Origin: Candidatus Latescibacterota bacterium
GTDB taxonomy: Bacteria; Latescibacterota; UBA2968
Assembly: GCA_965204375.1 (NCBI GenBank)
Contig: OZ241986.1
Coordinates: 4,732,686-4,796,685, forward strand
DNA length: 64,000 nucleotides
Direction: 5' to 3'
Below the pieces are notes generated by a model. The model ran no database searches. It was not told the origin of the DNA and was given only the letters and a program-made list of their open reading frames with translations. Positions 1 to 8,995 of the stretch are shown here, one piece after another. The position numbers and the translations under genes were made by a program. Position 1 is the stretch's first letter; each line of letters opens with the position of its first letter.

Positions 1-306
1 GATAGGCGTCTGTTTCCATTGACGAGAGAAATTATGTAGTTTTTTCCCATATTCTTCTGAGTACGCAAGCGGTCTTCCCAGTTCATCTTTCAATAATTCC
101 CTGATGATCCCTTCCCAATCTGTCTGGACGCATCCGAAAAGAGCAATTTCAGCCAAAATTCCTTGAAGACACCACGCCGAAGAAACCGAGTCGTTAGAGA
201 TTTCTGTTTCAATGTCCAATAACCAATCTTGGAGCCAATCCTCGTGTTGTGGAACGAGCTTTAGCGTAGAAACATCAACATCTGGAATGATAATATAGTC
301 AATCAT
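1..306 (-). CDS. hypothetical protein, N-terminal part only (gene runs off the left edge)
   Basis: The minus-strand frame is open from the ATG at 306-304 to position 1 (MIDYIIIPDVDVSTLKLVPQHEDWLQDW...). Its ATG overlaps the TGA of the upstream frame (ATGA at 303-306), which suggests translational coupling. I recognise no motif. Confidence 0.4.
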   Translation of the reverse strand, partial: MIDYIIIPDVDVSTLKLVPQHEDWLQDWLLDIETEISNDSVSSAWCLQGILAEIALFGCVQTDWEGIIRELLKDELGRPLAYSEEYGKKLHNFSRQWKQTPI

Positions 307-1849
307 AAGGTAAAAGCCTCGGATGGTTCTTTTACTGTATTTCCAAATGTGGCAAACATCAGCAATGGGAAAAACCATTTACACAAGGCAGAAGACGCGG
401 AGAAATCTAATCTGGCCAGACCAGCACCCGTAGGTTCTACATGGGAGAATTTATCTTCAAAGGGCATAAGGGCCGGTGCTGTCTCTAAGGCCCAGGGTTT
501 TAATGCGGTCGAAATTTCCATTGTTCGTAATTTACCATCCCCACTCGAGCCACCCCGCAGCATCGGTACGCCGTTTTTGAGACCCATCATAACAAGTTCA
601 GGGAAATACTGCGATCCAACCTTGATTTTCTAGGTGGCAACACAATCATCTTTCTGAAATAGCTTCTGTAGAGACCTCAACATCAAATCAATGCTTCTGT
701 CTTCTGATGAAGTAAACGCCAAGCTCAACCCTGTAACCTTTTGAGAAAACATTGCAAACATCTTAGCTTTTGGGGTTGATCCCTCGGCCAAATAGAGTCC
801 TGAGACATAACAGAAAAGTGGATCTATCCGCAAAGTTGGCTTGAGTTTGAGCCTTCTGGACCTTGGCCACATCCCTTCTAATATACCAAAATTTTCCGTT
901 ATTTTTGGCCGATTGTCAGCGAGATTTCCGTAAGGATGTAACGAGAAAAATGCTTTAATATCAATATCCCTCCCTACAGATGATGGTATGTCTATCCATT
1001 GAATAAGCCCTTGGGGAGAAACCCAGGTGTCCGCATGGATTGAATCTTCCATTTCGTAAAGCATTTTAAGAAAAAATTCGCCAAACCTATTAAGGCCGCC
1101 AATATAGATTTCATCAGACCTGCTGGAGCCACCCGGTTCTCGAGCACCTTTTTTGAATGGTCTCCGTAAAGAAGCTGTAACTGTATCTGCCCGATTTAAA
1201 ACTAATCCGCTTTTTTTAAATCCATCTCCTTTTCATATGCGAGAATTTCCTGCATAGCATTCTTATGAAAATAATAGAAGGCCAAATGATTTTCGTTGGT
1301 GCCTGGCACATCTCGGCTTTCTGCTAAATACCTTTTATCGGCGTCAGTTAATGATCGGCGTAATGTTGAGAGTGGAGGTGTTTTTGGAATATATCCGCCA
1401 TAATAATTTTTTAACCTGTCTAAGCCTTCATCTGCCATAAAAAAGGCACTATCCTCTCCCAATGAAAACGTAAATCGTATTCCGTCTGAAAATATTTTGC
1501 GAAACTGTTCTACTGCAAAATGTACGAGGTTTGGTTCCCTTTGCGAAAATGAAATTGTGGGCTTAATGACCCCTAAGTTATGCTTGTCCTCACTACCCTT
1601 TGCACCGTCTCCACTATACAGCCCAAAAAATGAGACTAAACTCTCATTGAGTTCGATTTCCGATCTGATCTTTACTTCATCGCCCGTACCGTCCTTACGT
1701 GAAACGATCAAAAATCCATCTCGGATTTCTCGATATTGATAATCAGCCGAAAATGTTCTATACTTGGCATCTGTAATAACGTATCCGCGGACAGATCCCT
1801 GAGTCCTTTCAAGAAATTCTTTGACCTTGATATAGCCTAATGTTGGCAT
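303..1849 (-). pseudogene. two-motif LAGLIDADG-type endonuclease-like gene, interrupted by a frame change and an in-frame stop
   Basis: Three consecutive minus-strand ORFs (1849-1202, 1064-630, 590-303). ORF1 carries FFGLYSGDGAKGSE followed by ISFSQREPNLVHFAVEQFRKIF. ORF2 carries VSGLYLAEGS followed by LAFTSSEDRSIDLMLRSLQKLF. These look like two LAGLIDADG motif-plus-helix units. The ORF2 frame stays open upstream into the 3' end of ORF1 and is reached by a -1 shift at the A7 run (1211-1217). ORF2 and ORF3 are in the same frame, separated only by a TAG at 630-632. Confidence 0.4.
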
Positions 1850-2177
1850 ATTGTGTATCCTTTTTTTTGCTGTACGTCGTCAAATTCTGGTTACCGTCCG
1901 TCATAGTGACTGATACGTTTGTTCCGCACGCCCCTGCCTCGAGCGTCAATATAGCTACGATGCATCTCGGCTATGAGATCTGTGACAAGAGAACCTTGGT
2001 TGCCATCTCGGCTTGGTATGGCCAGAGGGAATAACACCTGGTCTGGTATTACCTTTCGTATTCCTTTAGGCCCTCCCCGATCTCATGGCTTCTCTCAAGA
2101 CACATCTGGTCTATCAGATCGAGACATTTAATTGCCCATTCGTCGCCGTCATCAGCAGATGAGTGAGACGCAAAGGA

Positions 2178-3755
2178 TCACATGCCCCAAATGTCTATCT
2201 CAACGCCACCTTCAGACACACGGCGATGGTGGAACACCTTATCCTCCCAACGCCTGCCTTCACGGCGGTCAAAAATCACCAGATGACCTGCCTCTGCATC
2301 GCAGCGATCCATGTACTCCGCGGTTTGTTCCAGGCCCTCAATGATGGTTTGCTCCAGGCTTTTGTGGAGAATTTTGCATTCGATCACAATTTTGCAGGTC
2401 TGATCGTCCTGCGGCCAGACAATCAGCAGATCGGTGCGTCCACGTCCCAAACCATACTCCCGTTCAATGCGTCCACCGCTGTTCACAATCCGCTGGAGAA
2501 ATGCCTGCAACAACAACTGCGGACCGGCTTCCTGATATTGGAATCGTCTCACCCAGTGCTCTGAGTGTTCGCGGAAAAAGGTCTGAAACTCGGTCATCAG
2601 TTTGACCACATTCAGGCTACCATCGGCATTGACGTACCAGGCTGTATCCTGCTCAAACTCCCCCTGTAACACCCACGTCAGTTCGCGCGGCACGACTTCG
2701 GCGTAGATCGGATTGGCAATGCGGTACGGCAGATCTTGAGCCACAAGACCGAGATCGCGTACATACTCCAGGTCGCGGTCAATAAAGCGACGTTCCTCAG
2801 CCCCACTCAGCAGCGGTTCAACGATGCGTTGTACGCGTTCTTCCTGCAACTTATCGGCCAACTGGTCGAGGTGTATCTCTCGGCGCAAGATGAGTTGCTC
2901 CCGTGCGTCACATATTGCGTTGTCCGTAATGGGCTGGCTGCGATCCCGCCCGGTCTTGTTTTTAAAGCCAGCTTCATAAGCCAATGCATTGACCAGCCAC
3001 GGTTGTCCCCGGGTCTGCGTCCAGATCGTCTCCAGTGCCTCGGCTGTGAATGCCTGCCCCGTTTCTGCCGTGTGCTGTGCGATGAGATCGAATACCTCGT
3101 CCTGTGAGAAGTCCCCCAGGCGCAGGGACTCAGCGCGAATGTTGAATGCACTGCCACCGGCGATGAGCGCATTTTCTGCCGTTGATTGGATGCGGTAGTC
3201 GCGCACATCGCGTACCCCACACAGCACCACACTTTGCGGAAAACCCTCTGGGCGAAGGTCATAGCCCGCTCGCAACTGCCGTAGCACAGACAGCAGAGAA
3301 TCGCCGATCAAGGCGTCAATCTCATCTATGAGCAACACCAGGGGCTTCGAGTCGGCTTTAGCCCAGCGCGTCAGTGCCACCTGCAAGGCAGCGTGCGGGC
3401 CGAACTCGGCGAGGATGCCGGACCAGACTTTGAGCAAGAATTCGTCTTCCAGCGTCAAGCTCGCTCGTAGTGCTAACACGCCCAGAAAGGTGCGCGTCAC
3501 CTGTTCCACGTCTTCGCGCGCAGTTTGCCCGCCTTCGACATTGACGTACACACAGCGGTAGTCGTCCCCTGTGTTGAGCAGGTCGCGCAGGGCCAGCAGG
3601 GCAGAGGTCTTGCCCGTCTGCCTGGGCGCGTGCAGGACGAAATAGCGTTTGTCGTGGATGAGCCTGAGAACCTCGGTGAGGTTGAGCCGTTGTAGGGGCG
3701 GGATGCAATAGTGGTCCGCAGCGACCACTGGTCCGCTCGTGTTGAAGAAGCGCAT
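2178..3755 (-). CDS. AAA-type ATPase fused to a PD-(D/E)xK nuclease-like C-terminal domain
   Basis: 525 aa. Walker A APRQTGKTS, Walker B LVLLIDEID. The C-terminus has TDLLIVW...KIVIECK, a D...ExK nuclease-like motif. The architecture matches the widespread predicted AAA-ATPase/PDDEXK proteins. Confidence 0.7.
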   Translation of the reverse strand: MRFFNTSGPVVAADHYCIPPLQRLNLTEVLRLIHDKRYFVLHAPRQTGKTSALLALRDLLNTGDDYRCVYVNVEGGQTAREDVEQVTRTFLGVLALRASLTLEDEFLLKVWSGILAEFGPHAALQVALTRWAKADSKPLVLLIDEIDALIGDSLLSVLRQLRAGYDLRPEGFPQSVVLCGVRDVRDYRIQSTAENALIAGGSAFNIRAESLRLGDFSQDEVFDLIAQHTAETGQAFTAEALETIWTQTRGQPWLVNALAYEAGFKNKTGRDRSQPITDNAICDAREQLILRREIHLDQLADKLQEERVQRIVEPLLSGAEERRFIDRDLEYVRDLGLVAQDLPYRIANPIYAEVVPRELTWVLQGEFEQDTAWYVNADGSLNVVKLMTEFQTFFREHSEHWVRRFQYQEAGPQLLLQAFLQRIVNSGGRIEREYGLGRGRTDLLIVWPQDDQTCKIVIECKILHKSLEQTIIEGLEQTAEYMDRCDAEAGHLVIFDRREGRRWEDKVFHHRRVSEGGVEIDIWGM

Positions 3756-3909
3756 GACGCAAGTCTCCTTTTTTTGGGAGATTAGATACAGGCTGTGAAA
3801 TGCAGTTCGACGGCGTATCTGTTATCTTAAAGTACGCACTGATGCCGACAATATCCAAATGAATATACACGCCATAATTTTAGTTGAAAAGCACTACTCC
3901 ACATTATGG

Positions 3910-5103
3910 TTAATACTTTGAGATTGCCTCAAAATCCAATTCTACGACCCAGTCTTGAACCGCGCCATCCCTGATAAACCGGATAAATCCAAGTTCTCCA
4001 AGCCGTATTAACTCCCTTTGAAAAGTTCGCCAGGTGACATTCTGGTACGCAGATTGTACATAACGATCTTCCTGTAGTTCTGATAGTTCGATACTTCGAG
4101 ATGGGATATCAGAGAAGGGGTCTGAAGGCTCTGTCTCGCTCAAGAGAAAGTTGAGGAGATTGTATTCCCTCTGGTTCAGGAGCCGTCTCCGGGGGCTAAC
4201 TTTTATATCGCGAGCTTGGACGAGCATCCTCTGATATACCAGTCGGTTGAGCTTTGCTTTGACGAAATTATTTATGCCTTTGAGTTCACTTGCAAAGCCA
4301 GCTACGCCAAAGCGAATAAATGGTGTCACATCGAAAGGCTGGCTTTGCCGACATTCCTGGAGGATTGATTTGTATTCTTGTTCGTGGCGATAGAAGTAGT
4401 TGGATAGCCCGTAAAAGCCATGCACATTATATCCGAGTTGAAAGAGGATACCAGCTTCAACGAGTCGGGAGATTCTTCCGTTTCCGTCTCCAAAGGGGTG
4501 AATTGTCACGAGGAAGAAGTGGGCGAGCAAGGCACGTATGACTGAATGAAGACTTTCGAGTCGGCGAGAATTGATGAAATTGATATACTCTTGCATTAAG
4601 CGAGGGAGCGTTTCGTGCGGCGCACCTCTATGGACCCCTCCAAGCTCTTCCGTGCCTACAACAACGGAAAAGTTGCGGAGTTCCCCGGGTATATTGCGGT
4701 CGGTATCTGAATCTCGGGTGATCATTTCGTGCATGGTGAGGATGTCTCTCAGACCAATAGGTGGGCTGTCTGGACGAAATCGTTTTTTTATCCAGGTCTG
4801 AGCCTCTCCTGCATTTCTGATCTGCAATTGTTCTTTTGTCGCGGTTTCCCTGTCGTGGTTGTGAGTTTGTTGTTCGAGGTACTCCATTTGCTGAGCAACC
4901 TCAGCTTCGGACAGAGGGTTGCCTTCTATCGCAGTTGTGCCATGAATAGCACGGATTCTATTGAGCCTGTCAAGCTGGCTTTGCCACTCTTGTGGAAACA
5001 CGAGGTTTAGAGAGGCTTCTTTATAAGCTTCAATAGAGATGAGATCCTGAAAGAGACCTTGCTGGTCGAGATGATACTCAAAGGGAAATTTTTCCCAGTC
5101 CAT
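3910..5103 (-). CDS. Fic family protein (AMPylase/adenylyltransferase-like)
   Basis: Canonical Fic motif HPFGDGNGRISR. I place the start at ATG 5103 (MDWEKFPFEY) because AAGAGGA lies 6 nt upstream. The ORF-track start at 5136 would put the repeats and the RBS inside the coding sequence. Confidence 0.85.
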   Translation of the reverse strand: MDWEKFPFEYHLDQQGLFQDLISIEAYKEASLNLVFPQEWQSQLDRLNRIRAIHGTTAIEGNPLSEAEVAQQMEYLEQQTHNHDRETATKEQLQIRNAGEAQTWIKKRFRPDSPPIGLRDILTMHEMITRDSDTDRNIPGELRNFSVVVGTEELGGVHRGAPHETLPRLMQEYINFINSRRLESLHSVIRALLAHFFLVTIHPFGDGNGRISRLVEAGILFQLGYNVHGFYGLSNYFYRHEQEYKSILQECRQSQPFDVTPFIRFGVAGFASELKGINNFVKAKLNRLVYQRMLVQARDIKVSPRRRLLNQREYNLLNFLLSETEPSDPFSDIPSRSIELSELQEDRYVQSAYQNVTWRTFQRELIRLGELGFIRFIRDGAVQDWVVELDFEAISKY

Positions 5104-5111
5104 TTTTGTCC

Positions 5112-5234
5112 TCTTATTTAACACGTTATTTGACACGTTGATAAATTTTGTAAGATATTAAATAATAATAATTTTTTACTAAAATTGCAAGAATATAGAC
5201 TAAAATTTATCGTTATTTGACACGTTATTTGACA
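5112..5234 (-). promoter_or_regulatory. putative Fic promoter flanked by two doublets of a 12-bp direct repeat (operator/iteron-like)
   Basis: Plus-strand unit CGTTATTTGACA at 5124-5135, 5211-5222 and 5223-5234, plus a degenerate copy TCTTATTTAACA at 5112-5123. Between the doublets, on the minus strand, is TTGCAA (5190-5185), a 17-nt spacer, then TATTAT (5167-5162). Confidence 0.4.
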
Positions 5235-5348
5235 ACAATAATACATCAAGGCGTAAGTCGCATTCATATGAAATGCCGTCACTCCTGCGGAGGCAGAAGT
5301 CCAGTCTGATAGGTTCGCCTGTGGATTACTGGCGTTGTGCCTGCGGCG

Positions 5349-5375
5349 TGGCGGCTTTAAGCATGCCGCAATGAC
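5349..5375 (-). repeat. REP-like 27-nt hairpin element, copy 1 (inverted orientation, 2-3 mismatches)
   Basis: The reverse complement GTCATTGCGGCATGCTTAAAGCCGCCA matches GTCATCGCGGCATGCTTAAAGCCGCGA at 60371-60397 and 63678-63704. It has a GCGGC/GCCGC stem. Confidence 0.55.
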
Positions 5376-5486
5376 AATCGCATCTGTTAAGGTTTTGCAA
5401 GCCAGTTCAAATTTGGTCTGACGAAGGAAGATTTTGGATGTATATTGACGGGGTGCATTTTTACATTGGATTGAAAGGATGAGATT

Positions 5487-7046
5487 ATGTTGATGACTGG
5501 TGGTCAGGCTGTGGTTGAGACGCTGGATGCATGGGGGGTGGATGTGGTGTTTGGCATTCCGGGGGTTCACACGCTCGCGCTTTACGATGCGCTTTACGAT
5601 CATCCGCGGATTCGGCATGTGACGACGCGGCACGAGCAGGGGGCGGGTTTTATGGCGGATGGATATGCGCGGGCTTCTGGGCGCGTGGGCGTGGCGTTGA
5701 CGACGACGGGACCAGCGGCGGTGAATGCATTGACGCCGATTGGAGAGGCGTACGCGGAGTCGTCGCCCGTGTTGTTGATATGCAGTGGTCCGACGGATGA
5801 AACCAATGGCACAGATGCGGGGGTGTTGCACGATATGCGCGACCAGTTTAGCACGTTGTTTTCTGTGACGGGGCGCGGGCAGCGCGTGTCGCGTGTGGAG
5901 GATATCCCGGGTGCGCTATCAGAGGGTTTTGAGGCAATGAAATACGGTCGTCCCCGGCCGTACATTCTGGAAGTTCCGCTGGATGTGTTTAAGGAAGAGG
6001 CGGATGTAAATATTGAGGAGCCAGCGCACCGCCCGCCGCATAAGCCAGAGGAGGTTGCGCTCAATGCAGCCGCAGAGATGATTCAGTCTGCGCGTAAGCC
6101 GGTGTTGATCGCGGGTGGGGGGACGCAAGATGCGAGCGGTGACGTGATCCGGTTGGCAGAGAAACTCGGATTGCCGGTGGCTGTTACTGCGAATGGTCAG
6201 GGGGCTGTCCCGGCGGACCACCCTTTGCTGGTGCGCGGTGAGAGTATGAACAAATGTTTGAATGAGGCGGATGTGGTGATTGCTGTGGGTACGCGTTTGG
6301 GTTTTCGGTTTGAGCAGATGTGGAAGGGTACACCGGAGAAGCTCATTCATCTGGATATTGATCCGGGGGTGATGGGGCGGTCGTTTGAGCCAGATGTTGC
6401 GCTGATTGGCGATGCGGGCGCGGGGTTGAAAGGATTGTACGCGCGTTTGGATGGGGTTAAGACCGCGTGGGATGTCAGTGATTCTGTGTCGCAGGCGTCC
6501 GGTCAGTGGGAGGAGAAACCTTTTCCCGAGTTGCTGGGGATTTTGCGGAATGTTCTGGATCGGGATGCGGTGGTTGTGAACGATATGACGATGATTAGCT
6601 ATCAGGCGCGTCGCCATTTTCCGGTTTATCAGCCGCGCACGTTTTTGTCACCAACGGTTTACGGAACGCTGGGTTTTTCCATGCCAGCGGCTGTGGGTGC
6701 CAAGATCGCGTGTCCAGATAAGCAGGTGGTGTCGCTGTGCGGCGATGGCGGATTTATGTACACGGCGACAGAGCTTTCAACTGCGGTTCAGCAGGGTATA
6801 TCACTGCCGGTTGTTTTGTGCAATGACAATACTTATGACGCGATCAAGCGGGCACAGGATCGAGAATGTGATGGGCGGAATATTGCCGTGGAGTTGGCGA
6901 ATCCCGATTTTGTGATGTTTGCACAGAGTTTTGGGATGCAGAGCGTTCGCGTGACTGATGGACAGGGGTTTGGCGAGGCGCTCGAAGAGGCGTTGCAGGC
7001 CGAGGGGCCGACGTTGATTGAGGTTTTTGTGCCGGAGTATTCTTGA
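5487..7046 (+). CDS. thiamine diphosphate-dependent enzyme (acetolactate synthase large-subunit-like family)
   Basis: 519 aa. The N-terminus GGQAVVETLDAWGVDVVFGIPG is typical of the ThDP pyrimidine-binding domain. The C-terminal GDGGFMYTATELSTAV...NDN is a ThDP-binding motif. An AAGGA RBS is present. Confidence 0.8.
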   Translation: MLMTGGQAVVETLDAWGVDVVFGIPGVHTLALYDALYDHPRIRHVTTRHEQGAGFMADGYARASGRVGVALTTTGPAAVNALTPIGEAYAESSPVLLICSGPTDETNGTDAGVLHDMRDQFSTLFSVTGRGQRVSRVEDIPGALSEGFEAMKYGRPRPYILEVPLDVFKEEADVNIEEPAHRPPHKPEEVALNAAAEMIQSARKPVLIAGGGTQDASGDVIRLAEKLGLPVAVTANGQGAVPADHPLLVRGESMNKCLNEADVVIAVGTRLGFRFEQMWKGTPEKLIHLDIDPGVMGRSFEPDVALIGDAGAGLKGLYARLDGVKTAWDVSDSVSQASGQWEEKPFPELLGILRNVLDRDAVVVNDMTMISYQARRHFPVYQPRTFLSPTVYGTLGFSMPAAVGAKIACPDKQVVSLCGDGGFMYTATELSTAVQQGISLPVVLCNDNTYDAIKRAQDRECDGRNIAVELANPDFVMFAQSFGMQSVRVTDGQGFGEALEEALQAEGPTLIEVFVPEYS

Positions 7047-7102
7047 GAAGTGCATCCTTATAAGTGGTAGGTAGAGATAGGACACAGGCGCAGGAGAATG
7101 TT

Positions 7103-8821
7103 ATGGCTACAAAGCGAAAAAAGAGACGTCACAGAGGGGCTGCTGGCAAGGCGAATGCGGATTTGACGGCGCATATTCGGTCGCTGGGGTTGACGAGTGT
7201 GGGGCAATACCAGGCGTGGTGTCGGGACCATGGATTTAATGGGGCGCTGAATAAGAGCTGGCAGGAGCGGCGGCAGGAGCGCAAGGTTGCGGATCGGGCG
7301 ATTGATGTGGAATTGGCCGAGCAGGAATTTGTGCGCCATATTAGCGCGTTGGGGTTGGAGACGGTTGCGGATTATACCGCGTGGTGTACCGCAAATGGGT
7401 TGAGTACGGGGACGCATAAGAGTGTTGCACAGCGCAAGAAAGAGCGCGATTTGGCCGAGCGGTTAAAGAGCGATGCGGTTTTGGCGAAGATGAAGAATCA
7501 CACGCGGCGGCCACAGGAGACGATTCGGGCGATTTATGAGGGCAAGCTGTCGGAGGCGGAGTTGAATCGCCCGCATTTGCAAAAGATCCAGCGGGCTTTT
7601 GATGGGCTGGGGAGAGACCGCAAGGGGCGGCGTGCGCTGTTGCAGTTGTTGCTTCATGTGGAAAAGCGGGACGATTTTTTTGATGTCAAGCCCGCGATTG
7701 TGCGCCTGGGACCTTCTGATGGGAATACATTTATCGAGGGTTTGGGTGCGCTGGCGCATTGGCACAAGCGGTGGTTGCGCGATCCAGCGGAGTGGCGACC
7801 AGATTCGCACAATGGGCGCAAGCAGTTTGGTTCGCTTGCGCGACATTTGCTCGCGAAGTACGATGTGCCCGCGTTTATGGATATCGCGTGGTTTCTCGGC
7901 GAGGAAGACGAGGCGCGGCAGCAGCAGGGATGGTTTGTGCATGTGGGTACGGGCGGGAATATTCGCAAGGCAGATGTTCCGCTGACGCTGACGAAGAAGA
8001 TGGCGCATTTGTTTTTGGAGTCGCCGCACGATTACACGATTTACGAGGCGTTTCGGCGCGGTCAAATTCTGGGGCTTGGCGGGGAAGAGCCGCTGGTGCG
8101 CGCGGTGAATGGTACGCGGTTGGGATCGTCTTTTGAATGCGAAGATTTCTGGCATAAGGTGGTGCATTTTTTTGTGAATAATCCAATGCTCGATCCCGAT
8201 GAGGTGGGACCGATTGTGGATTATATTCACAACCAGAAATACGTGCCTCGAGAAGAGACGGTTGGTGGCGAGGTTGTGCAATTGCCTCCCGAGCAGCCGA
8301 ATTTTTCGATTAAGGGGCGCAGTATGGTCAAGTTGCTTCGGCAGGTCGAGACGTGGCACCGGCAGTTGGCGAGGCAGAATCGCTTGCCCGCAAAGGTGTG
8401 GGCGCCTTCGGGTCTCAATGAGCTGGATTGGACAGCGACGGATAATTATGGGAATGAAAAGGAGCGGTGGACGATTACGGAGTTGCTGTCGGTCAAAGAG
8501 TTGTCCCTTGAGGGACGCAAGATGCACCACTGCGTGGGGTCTTATGCGAATAATTGCAAAACCGGGAGGTCATCGATTTGGACGATGCAGGTTACGACGC
8601 CGGAGGATGAGACACATCGGGTGATGACGATTGCGGTGCAAAATGGCAGCCGAAGTATTACGCAGGCGCGCGGGAAGTGCAATGCGCGACCCAATGGCAG
8701 GACGCCCAGTGGCAAGCGTCGAGATTTTAGCAAGGCGTATGAACGCCATTTGCGGAAGTCGCGCCATGTGTTGTATTTGTGGCGGGAGCAAGAGGGGCTG
8801 TCTATGTCGCGTGGGGTGTGA
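7103..8821 (+). CDS. PcfJ-like domain protein with a duplicated N-terminal motif
   Basis: The C-terminal region LSLEGRKMHHCVGSYANNCKTGRSSIWTM resembles the PcfJ-like family signature. Start chosen at ATG 7103 (AGGAGA 6 nt upstream) rather than GTG 7064. Two N-terminal repeats about 45 aa long (HIRSLGLTSVGQYQAWC... / HISALGLETVADYTAWC...). Confidence 0.45.
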   Translation: MATKRKKRRHRGAAGKANADLTAHIRSLGLTSVGQYQAWCRDHGFNGALNKSWQERRQERKVADRAIDVELAEQEFVRHISALGLETVADYTAWCTANGLSTGTHKSVAQRKKERDLAERLKSDAVLAKMKNHTRRPQETIRAIYEGKLSEAELNRPHLQKIQRAFDGLGRDRKGRRALLQLLLHVEKRDDFFDVKPAIVRLGPSDGNTFIEGLGALAHWHKRWLRDPAEWRPDSHNGRKQFGSLARHLLAKYDVPAFMDIAWFLGEEDEARQQQGWFVHVGTGGNIRKADVPLTLTKKMAHLFLESPHDYTIYEAFRRGQILGLGGEEPLVRAVNGTRLGSSFECEDFWHKVVHFFVNNPMLDPDEVGPIVDYIHNQKYVPREETVGGEVVQLPPEQPNFSIKGRSMVKLLRQVETWHRQLARQNRLPAKVWAPSGLNELDWTATDNYGNEKERWTITELLSVKELSLEGRKMHHCVGSYANNCKTGRSSIWTMQVTTPEDETHRVMTIAVQNGSRSITQARGKCNARPNGRTPSGKRRDFSKAYERHLRKSRHVLYLWREQEGLSMSRGV

Positions 8822-8995
8822 GCGAATAGACGAATAATCCGCAGATGACGCAGAAAAAACGCGAGTAATTTGAGCGTTTTACACAGATGAAGGGCGAATA
8901 GACGGAGCGGTGTACAACTGACCGCCTCTCAGGTCAGTTCATAGACGAATAGACGAATCAACGAATCGTAGCAGTTCATAGGCGCACAGATTTAA

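Noticed and set aside
1850-2177. A 330-nt gap with only short ORFs (for example plus strand 1840-2034, and a minus-strand 25-codon MHRSYIDARG... frame)
   Set aside because: No ORF has a convincing start, RBS or motif. It is probably a promoter region or degraded DNA between the LAGLIDADG-like gene and the AAA-ATPase gene.
5118-8530. Long minus-strand ORFs (5118-5831, 5919-6617, 7058-7417, 7463-8530) opposite the ThDP enzyme and PcfJ-like genes
   Set aside because: Their translations are dominated by R/H/P/N/Q/I runs with no motifs. They fully overlap plus-strand genes that have clear family signatures and RBSs. They are typical antisense shadow frames in higher-GC DNA.
8916-8939. Hairpin AACTGACC-N8-GGTCAGTT between convergent genes, as a possible terminator
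   Set aside because: The stem is only 8 bp and there is no flanking T-run on either strand. That is not enough to call an intrinsic terminator.
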